Assembly (NCBI GenBank): GCA_963793425.1
Contig: CAWCAG010000007.1
Span: 608,001-672,000 of the forward strand
DNA length: 64,000 nt
Direction: 5' to 3'
Source: an uncultured cyanobacterium
GTDB lineage: Bacteria > Cyanobacteriota > Cyanobacteriia > Cyanobacteriales > CAWCAG01
Shown: positions 1-8,371 of the stretch, in pieces
How positions within the stretch are numbered: the first letter of the stretch is position 1
Layout of the letters: every line of letters starts with the position of its first letter
Made by a program: the position numbers and the translations under genes
Notes under the pieces: model-generated
The model's input: only the letters and a program-made list of their open reading frames with translations
Told to the model about the DNA's origin: nothing
The model's database searches: none

Positions 1-1163
1 TAGAGAAAATCTTTAACTTCAACCCCAGCAACCACTTGCAAAGCCCCCGCAGCTATGCCAGTAAAAGGGCGATCTCCTTTAATCTTTTCTGGTTCAAAAT
101 ACTTTTGCAGCCAGGTTTGTACAGCCGGAATTTGGGTAGTCCCTCCCACCAAAAGAACAGCATCAAAATCTGCCGCAGTCACCCCTGCCCGCTTACCCTG
201 TTGCAAAACCTGATCAATAAGTTCATCTAATTGCCGGAAAAAACCTCTTTCTGTCAAGATAGCCTCAAAACCCTCACGATCTAAAGCCAACTCATAACTC
301 TCTAGGGTTTCATCGTTGAAATATACCTCACTGGCTTCGGTTTGAGAGGAAAGTTGAATCTTCAAACGTTCTGCTAAACGAGTAATCAACGGAGACTTAC
401 TCAAACCCTGTTCCTGAACAAAATAGTCTACCAACCAGTTATCGAGATCGCAACCCCCCAGATTTTGCCCTACCTTCGCCAAGACACGGGCCGTTTTAGG
501 CCTTTGCCCTGAACTTTCCCCAAATAAATTCGCCCCCCATTTGAGGATAAACCCTCTAGAGGCAGGACTTTGCCCTGGTTTCAAATCCAGTTGTACCAAA
601 GATAAATCTACAGTCCCTCCACCAAAATCCACCACCAACAACAAATTCTCTTCTGCTGTTCCATATCCCAAAGCTGCTGCTGTTGGTTCATCCAGCATTT
701 GCACCTGTTCAACACCCAAAGATTGGCAAACCTGCCCCAACCAATGACGATAGGCTTCAAAACTATCAACAGGAACAGTTAAAACCAACGATTCTGGTTG
801 ATCTTCTTGCTTAAGGTTAGTTATTAACTGAGTTAAGAACAACTCACTAATCTCTTCAAAAGTAACCTCTTCCCCATCTAACTCCGGCAAAAACCCTTGA
901 ACTTTTGTACCAATACCTCGCTTAAAACTGCGAAAAAAACGAGAATCTGTGATCATATCTAAACCGCGATCACGTACCTGCTGACCAATAATCACCTGTT
1001 CCTGGCTAGCATTTTCCACATAAACTAAACTAGGAATTAAAGGCGGATTGTTTCCTAATTGCTGAGATATCCCCGGCAAATTCAAAATTTCTGCTTCCTG
1101 AGTTACCCCATTCCAACGGGCAATAACCGTGTTACTAGTACCAAAATCAATCGCGATCGCCAT
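1..1163 (-). CDS. Hsp70-family (DnaK-like) protein, N-terminal part; runs off the window start
   Basis: Hand translation of the minus strand from ATG at 1163 gives MAIAIDFGTSNT...LTVPVDSFEAYRHWL...MLDEPTAAALGYG...LVVDFGGGTVD, the Hsp70 ATPase motifs. Not in the ORF track because the stop lies outside the window. Confidence 0.9.
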   Translation of the reverse strand, partial: MAIAIDFGTSNTVIARWNGVTQEAEILNLPGISQQLGNNPPLIPSLVYVENASQEQVIIGQQVRDRGLDMITDSRFFRSFKRGIGTKVQGFLPELDGEEVTFEEISELFLTQLITNLKQEDQPESLVLTVPVDSFEAYRHWLGQVCQSLGVEQVQMLDEPTAAALGYGTAEENLLLVVDFGGGTVDLSLVQLDLKPGQSPASRGFILKWGANLFGESSGQRPKTARVLAKVGQNLGGCDLDNWLVDYFVQEQGLSKSPLITRLAERLKIQLSSQTEASEVYFNDETLESYELALDREGFEAILTERGFFRQLDELIDQVLQQGKRAGVTAADFDAVLLVGGTTQIPAVQTWLQKYFEPEKIKGDRPFTGIAAGALQVVAGVEVKDFL

Positions 1164-1201
1164 TTAGTTAATTTAATTGAGATGCCTATATTATTAATAC
1201 T

Positions 1202-1408
1202 ATGAATAACTTACTAACGAAACTAATTCTCATCGGACTTTTGCTATTATTAATCCTTGCTCCTTTTGGGGGTCTTGCTCCTTTGATGCTTATTATGTTA
1301 ATTGGGGCAATTATCTGGGGTATCGTCTCTGTTTTCCAAGTTCTTCTTTTGGGTAATGAAGAGATGGAGAGACGGGGAGATAGCGAGATGGGGAGACGAG
1401 AATTGTAA
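1202..1408 (+). CDS. small membrane protein, hypothetical
   Basis: 68 aa with two hydrophobic segments; divergent from the Hsp70 gene. Confidence 0.6.
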   Translation: MNNLLTKLILIGLLLLLILAPFGGLAPLMLIMLIGAIIWGIVSVFQVLLLGNEEMERRGDSEMGRREL

Positions 1409-1503
1409 AGCTTAAAGGATATCTTTACTCCTTACCATCAAATAAAATCTAATCTAGCTACACTACCAAAAAGGTAGATTCTTTGCCTATTCCCCATTAC
1501 CTA

Positions 1504-2184
1504 TTACTTTCCCGTCTCCCCCACCGGACTTACCTTAGCGCGATAGAGTAACTTGTTCTTCCAGGAATAGCCGAGATAGCGGACTTTAACCGGATCTCCA
1601 TCCTGGGCTGTTCCTGACATTAATTGATGCTGTTGGGGGTTGTAGGCTACTTCTTCTCCGACAGAGGCGATCGCCTCTACTCTCCAATTTTGTAAAAGTT
1701 GGGTTACGGGTTTAATTAAAGGCAATAATCTTGTGGCTGGCAATTCAGGATTATTCTCCACCGCTGCCGCCGCAGTAGGCCATTGAACTAACCAAGATTC
1801 TAGGGTTTGCAGACTCTCTTGTTGAAATTCTTGTTGCAGGCTTTCTTTTTGATTTGCTATTTGTTTTTGCAGGCGTTGATATTCCTGTTTTAATTTCGTT
1901 TTATCTACAGGTGTTGCTGCTTTTTGTGCTATAGGTTTTGATGATAAAACTTTAATTAATTTGTCTACAGATATCTGTAAAGTTTGTGCTAACTTAACCA
2001 AAGTTTCTGCCTTGGTTTGTAATACTAATCCATAACGCAAACGAATAATTTCTCTCTCCCTAACTCCCGATTTTTTCCGAAGTTCTTCATAATTAGAAAT
2101 GCCTACTTGCTGCATTAATTGTTGCAACTGGGAAGTGAAATGGGGATGAGATGATTTGAACCAACACATAATACCATTTATCAT
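1504..2184 (-). CDS. XRE-type HTH plus GrpE-like C-terminal domain protein
   Basis: N-terminal HTH (EELRKKSGV...LVKLAQTLQISVDKL), coiled coil, GrpE-like tail (VGEEVAYNPQQHQ...VRYLGY...LYRAKV). Confidence 0.8.
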   Translation of the reverse strand: MINGIMCWFKSSHPHFTSQLQQLMQQVGISNYEELRKKSGVREREIIRLRYGLVLQTKAETLVKLAQTLQISVDKLIKVLSSKPIAQKAATPVDKTKLKQEYQRLQKQIANQKESLQQEFQQESLQTLESWLVQWPTAAAAVENNPELPATRLLPLIKPVTQLLQNWRVEAIASVGEEVAYNPQQHQLMSGTAQDGDPVKVRYLGYSWKNKLLYRAKVSPVGETGK

Positions 2185-2276
2185 TTATCATTAAACATTT
2201 ATCATCGTATTCCTTTAGCTTTAGATAAGATTTGGCTTAAATCTATCTCAGCTTAAGTGGAGGGAATTGATATTTT

Positions 2277-2750
2277 ATGAAAAAAACCAATGCTGTCCGC
2301 TTACTAGATAACCTTGGTGTTACTTATCAACTTCTTAATTATGAGGTTGATATTGAGGATCTGGCCGCAGAAACCACAGCCCAGAAACTTGGTTTTCCAC
2401 CGGAACAAGTGTTTAAAACCTTGGTTGTTCGTAGTAACACCAATAATATCTACTTTGCTGTTATACCAGGAAATGCCCATCTTAACCTCAAAGCCTTAGC
2501 AAAATTAACAGGCGATCGCAAAATAGAAATGGTTCCCCTTCAGGAAGTAGAGTTTCTTGCCGGATATATTCGCGGTGGGGTGACAGCTTTGGCTAGTAAG
2601 AAAGATTATCCTGTTTATGTAGACGAAACTATAGAAGTATTTGAGAAAATAACCGTTTCGGCTGGAGTACGGGGAACTTTAATTTTACTTTCTCCTGGTG
2701 ATTATTTACAAGCAGTAAAAGGTATTTTAGGTGCGATCGCAAGTTTTTAA
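2277..2750 (+). CDS. ybaK: Cys-tRNA(Pro) deacylase YbaK/EbsC
   Basis: MKKTNAVRLLD start, VFKTLV, GYIRGG and SAGVRG motifs. Confidence 0.93.
   Translation: MKKTNAVRLLDNLGVTYQLLNYEVDIEDLAAETTAQKLGFPPEQVFKTLVVRSNTNNIYFAVIPGNAHLNLKALAKLTGDRKIEMVPLQEVEFLAGYIRGGVTALASKKDYPVYVDETIEVFEKITVSAGVRGTLILLSPGDYLQAVKGILGAIASF
2702..2750 (+). repeat. 49-bp direct repeat copy 1 (ybaK 3' end, contains HIP1)
   Basis: ttatttacaagcagtaaaaggtattttaggtgcgatcgcaagtttttaa; 46/49 identical to 4033-4081. Confidence 0.95.
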
Positions 2751-2774
2751 CTTAAGAATTTGTCAGTCCTCATA

Positions 2775-4025
2775 CTATTGAAAACTGTTGTAAATAATTT
2801 CTTTTGCTACTGCAACCCCAGATAAGTATGCTCCGTGAATTGTACCGTGGTAAGCAAAGCTTGTATGTTCACCGGCAAAAAAGAGCCTATTTAATATAGG
2901 TTTAGCTAAATTATTAAAATCTTGAGGAAGTGTTTTAGTTCCTGTAAACGAATATGCTCCCAAAGTATGAGGGTCTTAAGAACCAAAAGATAAAGCAACT
3001 AAAATATTATGTTCACTAAATGTTCGATAATTCATAAAGTAAGGCCATTTCCCCTTTACCTCTGACTGAAAACCAAAATATTGAGTATCTAGGGGCCAAA
3101 AAGCCTGGGGAAACTGTAAGGCAACTTTGGTAACATTACCTAGAGGAATTTTACCAATAGACTGTTGATAACTTTTGGGCAATGGTGGATGAAAGGCGAT
3201 TTTTCCGGCTTTCAATATGCCTAAGGGAACAGTGCAAATAACATAATCTGCAACGAATTTTTCCTTCTGGCTATTAACAATAACTCCTTGATTCTTATAT
3301 TCAATGTCTGTCACAATTGTATTTAGGCGAATATCCAATCCTTCAGTTAAGGGAGTGAGAATAGGAGTATAGCCATTAATAAGAATGACATCATCACCCT
3401 CAAAAGCTTCATCTTCATCAAAATAAGCAGCAGAAAGATTTTCAATAGGGCCACCCGTATCAAATTCTGTAAAAACAGTTAGGGCCCAATTAATTAAAGG
3501 ATCTTTTAAAAGCGTAGGATTAACTCTAGCGATCGCATCTCGTAAAGATATCAAATCATCAGCATCAACATAATCATCAACCTGCTTTAGCAAAGCTTCA
3601 AAACGGTCATCTAGTTTTGCTAAACTAGCTTTACTACTTACATTGCCCTTACGATCATAAACAAGCAAGCTATCATCTTTCGTGACAAACGTTTTTGCTT
3701 TAACCTTTTCTGCCAAAGTAGATATAGGATTGCCATCAGGGCCATGAATCCAACCTGCACCAACTTCAAATGCAGCACCTAATGAGTAATCAGTGAGGAG
3801 TCGCCCACCAATATGGGGCTTTGCTTCAAGCACAACAACATTTGCCCCTCTACTTTGCAGAGAGTGGGCAGCCGCTATACCAGCAATGCCTGCACCAACC
3901 ACAATAATACGGCTATTAACTATACTTTGCACTTTATTGTCAGCTAAACAAGCACCCAGAAATGAAACGGCACTTAATAGAGTCCACTTCAGAAAATTAC
4001 GGCGATAACAGATCGGATTGCTCAT
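2775..4025 (-). pseudogene. flavin amine oxidase with Tat signal; internal deletion and in-frame stop
   Basis: RRNFLK Tat motif, GAGIAG FAD motif, GAGWIHG. Reads ALSFGS-TAA-DPHTLGAYSF...FAGEHT...TIHGAYLSG in one frame, and the segment normally preceding the (W)xxDP motif is missing. Confidence 0.85.
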
Positions 4026-4032
4026 ATGATAG

Positions 4033-4081
4033 TTATTTACAAGCGGTAAAAGGAATTTTAGCTGCGATCGCAAGTTTTTAA
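4033..4081 (+). repeat. 49-bp direct repeat copy 2 (orphan ybaK 3' end)
   Basis: ttatttacaagcggtaaaaggaattttagctgcgatcgcaagtttttaa encodes YLQAVKGILAAIASF*. Confidence 0.95.
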
Positions 4082-4114
4082 TTTGTGGTTTAAATACACA
4101 TCAGCTTACAGCTA

Positions 4115-4272
4115 GTAGGCTGTGTTAGTGCTGTCAACAATCTTGGATAAATTAGTAAAACTTTATTCAGCACGTAACGCACCGCAAGTTAATTAAAGTA
4201 GGAATTGGTGCGTTACGGCGGATGAAGCATTGTTGCTTTAAGCACATTTAATAGCCGCCTAACACACCCTAC
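4115..4272. repeat. REP-like (GTAG-type) nested palindromic element
   Basis: GTAGGCTGTGTTAG...CGTAACGCACC...GGTGCGTTACG...CTAACACACCCTAC: outer and inner inverted repeats. Confidence 0.75.
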
Positions 4273-4299
4273 TGGCTGGCCATTAACCAATAACAAATA

Positions 4300-5850
4300 T
4301 CAATGTAAAAAATGCCTAATGCCTGTCAACACCATCACCATCCTTAACTCATTAGCTGCGGCAATAGAATCTTGATCTCGCAGGGAACCTCCCGGTTGTA
4401 CAATAGCTGTAATTCCTGCGGCGGCGGCTGTCTTTACAGAGTCATCAAAGGGGAAGAAACCATCACTAGCTAAGGTTGCCCCCTTGCTTCTCTCCCCCGC
4501 CTGTTCCAAGGCAATTTTAGCAGCACCGACACGGTTCATTTGTCCTGCCCCAATGCCTAAAGTAGTTCGATTCCGACTTACCACAATAGCATTAGATTTA
4601 ACGTATTTGCAAACCTTCCAAGCAAATAACAACTCTGCTAACTGGGCTGGGGTTGGTTGCTTTTGCGTCACCACCTGCCAATTTTGAGGATCTTCAACCA
4701 GATCGTCAGCAGTTTGTACCAAAAATCCTCCGGCGATCACCTTAATACTTTCCTTGCTACCTTTACCTAAGTCTGGCAACAACATCACCCTTAACTTCGA
4801 CTTTTTTCCTAATATTTCCTTTGCTTCGGCATCACAACTCGGTGCAACCACACATTCTAAAAAGGTTTGCTTCAAAGACCTAGCTGTCGCTGCATCAATT
4901 TCTTGGTTAAGGGCAACAATCCCCCCAAAAGCAGACATTGAATCCGCTTCAAAAGCTTTTGTATAAGCATCTGCTAAAGTTTCTCCCATAGCAACCCCAC
5001 AAGGGTTAGTATGTTTGAGGACTAGGGCTGTAGGTTCGGTTGCCGGAAACTCAGCAATAATTCTCCTGGCTGCTTCCAAATCCACCAGGTTGTTATAACT
5101 CAACTCCTTACCCTGAAGCTTTTGGGCTGCACTCCAACCCGTAGCTACATTTCCAGTTTGATACCAAGAAGCTGGTTGGTGCGGATTTTCACCATAACGC
5201 AAAGATTGGAGTTGCTTTCCTACTAAGGAATAATTTTCCGGCAAAGAAGTTCCGGACTCTTCATCCAAACCCAGAAAATAGTTAGCAATCGCGTGATCAT
5301 AAGCCGCAGTGTGGAGAAATCCTTCCTTCGCCCTAGCTTGACGAAACTCTAGGGATGTTTCTCCGTTGTACTTACTTAACTCTTCTGCATACTCCCCATA
5401 CCGCTCAGGATTGCACAATACCGTCAAATGAGCAAAATTCTTAGCTGCTGCCCTCAACATCGTAGGGCCACCAACATCTATCTTTTCAATAGCCTCAGAC
5501 ATACTAATACCCTGTTTAGCTATAGTTTCCTCAAAAGGGTAGAGGTTAACTACTACCAAATCTAAAGGACGAATCTGATTCGCTTCCATCTCCACACAAT
5601 CCCCAGGTAAGTCTCTGCGTCCCAAGATACCTCCGTGAATGCGAGGGTGAAGGGTTTTAACCCTACCCCCTAGTATTTCTGGGGAGTCTGTATAATCAGC
5701 AACTTCGGTAATAGATAATCCTGCCTCGCGCAGCACTTTTGCTGTTCCCCCACTGCCGATTAATTCAAACTCAAATTCCTCAACTAACCGTTGTGCCAAT
5801 GCTACGATGCCTGTCTTGTCAGATACACTCAGCAGTGCTAAACGTCCCAT
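4300..5850 (-). CDS. purH: bifunctional AICAR transformylase/IMP cyclohydrolase
   Basis: ALLSVSDKTG, GRVKTLHP, LRYGENPHQ, SDGFFPF, RHFLH motifs. Confidence 0.98.
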   Translation of the reverse strand: MGRLALLSVSDKTGIVALAQRLVEEFEFELIGSGGTAKVLREAGLSITEVADYTDSPEILGGRVKTLHPRIHGGILGRRDLPGDCVEMEANQIRPLDLVVVNLYPFEETIAKQGISMSEAIEKIDVGGPTMLRAAAKNFAHLTVLCNPERYGEYAEELSKYNGETSLEFRQARAKEGFLHTAAYDHAIANYFLGLDEESGTSLPENYSLVGKQLQSLRYGENPHQPASWYQTGNVATGWSAAQKLQGKELSYNNLVDLEAARRIIAEFPATEPTALVLKHTNPCGVAMGETLADAYTKAFEADSMSAFGGIVALNQEIDAATARSLKQTFLECVVAPSCDAEAKEILGKKSKLRVMLLPDLGKGSKESIKVIAGGFLVQTADDLVEDPQNWQVVTQKQPTPAQLAELLFAWKVCKYVKSNAIVVSRNRTTLGIGAGQMNRVGAAKIALEQAGERSKGATLASDGFFPFDDSVKTAAAAGITAIVQPGGSLRDQDSIAAANELRMVMVLTGIRHFLH

Positions 5851-6249
5851 AGATTAGCTTTACTCCCTGTTTTTTTATACAAATCAATCTTTAGCATAAA
5901 TTCCCTCGTCCACATTTTCATGATTATGAAATGAAATCTTCTGGATCAAGAATAGACATAGGTTTACAAGCCCTACAAAAATCAATCAATGAAGTTTGCA
6001 ACATTTTTACTAAAACCTCAGTCAAAGTGTCTCTACAAATCAATTTTGTAAGGCTATATCTAGTTAAATGCCCAACATTATTGATTTTCTTCCCGAAAGT
6101 TAGGAAAACACTGTGAAAAAACAGTCTAAATCAGAAAAGTAACCTAAAATTCGCTTAACAAACTACTTCTCTAGGAGGATTACATTTTTGATTATTTTTC
6201 AATCAATGCTATGCTTGAAAGTATAAACATTTGTTATGTGAAAAACCTC

Positions 6250-6265
6250 TGTGAGAGTTTTCACA
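6250..6265. promoter_or_regulatory. CRP-type binding site
   Basis: TGTGA-GAGTTT-TCACA, perfect TGTGA-N6-TCACA. Confidence 0.65.
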
Positions 6266-6351
6266 TAAGCAATAACTGATAACATTTGGCACATAAGAGT
6301 AATTACTGGTAAAGTAGAAAAAATGTGTTTTATCCACAGGAGGAAATTTAA

Positions 6352-6522
6352 ATGCTGGAAAAATTATTCTTGGCGGCGACCATTACATTGGCACTAAACT
6401 TTTTTATTAGCTCTAACCCTACTGGTGTAGTCAAATCTTCTCCCCGAATTAATACAGTAGAAACTCCCGAACAGCCAACTCCTTATCTGCTTGTCAACAA
6501 CAACAACCGTAATCGCCCCTAA
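6352..6522 (+). CDS. small 56-aa protein with N-terminal hydrophobic/signal segment
   Basis: AGGAGG SD 8 nt before ATG; MLEKLFLAATITLALNFFISSNPTG...RNRP*; below the ORF-track size cutoff. Confidence 0.65.
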   Translation: MLEKLFLAATITLALNFFISSNPTGVVKSSPRINTVETPEQPTPYLLVNNNNRNRP

Positions 6523-6771
6523 ACTAGCTGCTACAAAGTTGATATAATTTTTTGAGCGGGAATTTGCTTGCAAGCAATCTCGATGTTTAAAACTCTTCAC
6601 CCTTGCCTAAACTTCCCCTGCTGAAAGACAATCTCCTCCACATCTGTATCTTTCACTAGCTTTTTATCATTATTAACTTAATTAGTAAAAAAGTTTTTTC
6701 TTGGCCAAATGAAACAGCTTAACTGCTCTAATTAAGCTAAAATTGCTTTTCATTAGTTTATAGAGCAGAAG

Positions 6772-8364
6772 ATGAATTTTCTTGATCGGGGTGAAAAAGC
6801 TTTTTTTACTCCTCTTCTGATGGATAAGACAGTAATTAAACAAACTATCTTGCTTATAGATCGTGGGATGGATAGTTTGCAAATTTTGTCAGCAATACTA
6901 GAATCTCGTGGTTACCAAGTTAAAAAGGTTATGCGAGGCAAGTTTGCTTTGAGGGTTGTAGAAACAGTTCAACCAGACTTGATCTTACTAGGTATCTATT
7001 TACCTGACATTAGTGGTTATGAAGTCTGTAGGCAGCTTAAAACCATGACAGCAGTTAAGGAAGTTCCTATAATTTTTATTAGCGCTTCCAATACTATCAA
7101 AGACAAAGTTAAAGCCTTCACTTTAGGGGGGGTAGACTATATAACACAACCTTTTTATCGAGAAGAAATTATTGTTCGTGTCGAAAACCAAATATATTTA
7201 CGTTTTCTCCAAAATCAATTACAAAAAGTCGCGCAGAAATTCCAAGAAAAAAGTAGCAATCTTCGCAAAGAACTTCGGGAACGTCGCCACTCAGAGATGG
7301 AAGTGCGCTTGTTACTAGCAGTCACGCAAACCTTGGAAAGAGTTCCAGACTTAAATGCTGCTTTTGAGGTGGTTTTACGCTTAATTTGCCAAAGTATTCG
7401 TTGGGATTTAGCAGAAGCATGGCTACCGAATAAGGAATTAACAATTCTTGAATGCAATTGTATTTGGCATATGCCAGATCAGCAATTAGAAACCTTTAAA
7501 CAAAAAAGTGAAAATCTCACTCTCCTCACAAATGCTGGACTACCGGGAGAAGTTTTTACTTCGCAACAATCAGAATGGATTGAAGATATAGTCAAAGAAA
7601 AATCTTGTTTATGGCGTGACTCTCAAGCTATTGCAGCCGCAGAATTCAAAACCGCTTTGGGACTTCCTGTAATTGCAGAAGGAGAAGTTATCGTTGTACT
7701 CGTTTTCTTCACCAGAAATCAAACTTCATTCAACCAACGCACCCTCGATTTAATTGAAGCTATCAGCACTCAAATTGGTTCGTTAATCCAACGCCGTAAA
7801 ACAGAAAATGCTTTAATAGAAGCGAATCAAAAACTAGAACGCCTTGTCAATATAGATGGCTTAACCGGAGTTGCCAACCGTAGGTGTTTTGACGAGTACT
7901 TATTTCAGCAATGGCAGCAACCAGCATCAAATAAATCTCCTGTATCTTTAATTCTTTGCGATGTAGATTTCTTCAAACTTTATAATGATACCTACGGGCA
8001 TCAAACCGGAGATGATTGCCTGCAAAAAATCGCTCAGATGATTAATCAAGTTGTTACCCAACCAGCTAATTTGGTAGCACGTTATGGCGGCGAAGAGTTT
8101 GTGGTTATCTTACCTAACACCAATATTGAAGAAGCAGTTCAAATAGCTGAAAGCATTCGCCAAGAAGTAAAATCTCTAGAAATTCCTCATAACCGCTCTC
8201 CCATTAGCAGAGTTGTTACCCTGAGTATAGGAGTAGCTAGTACCATTCCCCAAGCAGAAAACCATCCTCACCATCTTGTCGAAAACAGCGATCGCGCCCT
8301 CTATGCAGCTAAAGCAGGAGGAAGAAATTGTGTTTTAGCAGCAAGACAATTACTCTATCCATAG
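6772..8364 (+). CDS. diguanylate cyclase (pseudo-REC, GAF, GGDEF)
   Basis: REC-like N-terminus, GAF, DGLTGVANRR, ARYGGEEF; start may be the ATG at 6820. Confidence 0.92.
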   Translation: MNFLDRGEKAFFTPLLMDKTVIKQTILLIDRGMDSLQILSAILESRGYQVKKVMRGKFALRVVETVQPDLILLGIYLPDISGYEVCRQLKTMTAVKEVPIIFISASNTIKDKVKAFTLGGVDYITQPFYREEIIVRVENQIYLRFLQNQLQKVAQKFQEKSSNLRKELRERRHSEMEVRLLLAVTQTLERVPDLNAAFEVVLRLICQSIRWDLAEAWLPNKELTILECNCIWHMPDQQLETFKQKSENLTLLTNAGLPGEVFTSQQSEWIEDIVKEKSCLWRDSQAIAAAEFKTALGLPVIAEGEVIVVLVFFTRNQTSFNQRTLDLIEAISTQIGSLIQRRKTENALIEANQKLERLVNIDGLTGVANRRCFDEYLFQQWQQPASNKSPVSLILCDVDFFKLYNDTYGHQTGDDCLQKIAQMINQVVTQPANLVARYGGEEFVVILPNTNIEEAVQIAESIRQEVKSLEIPHNRSPISRVVTLSIGVASTIPQAENHPHHLVENSDRALYAAKAGGRNCVLAARQLLYP

Positions 8365-8371
8365 TCAATGA

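Noticed and set aside
4026..4073. ORF-track N-terminal extension of the amine oxidase (MRSQLKFLL...)
   Set aside because: It is the antisense of the duplicated ybaK tail. The ATG at 4025 precedes the Tat motif and is the better start.
6330..6338. DnaA box TTATCCACA, possible oriC
   Set aside because: Only one perfect box, no dnaA/dnaN nearby, and neighbouring TGTGA/TCACA motifs fit a CRP site better.
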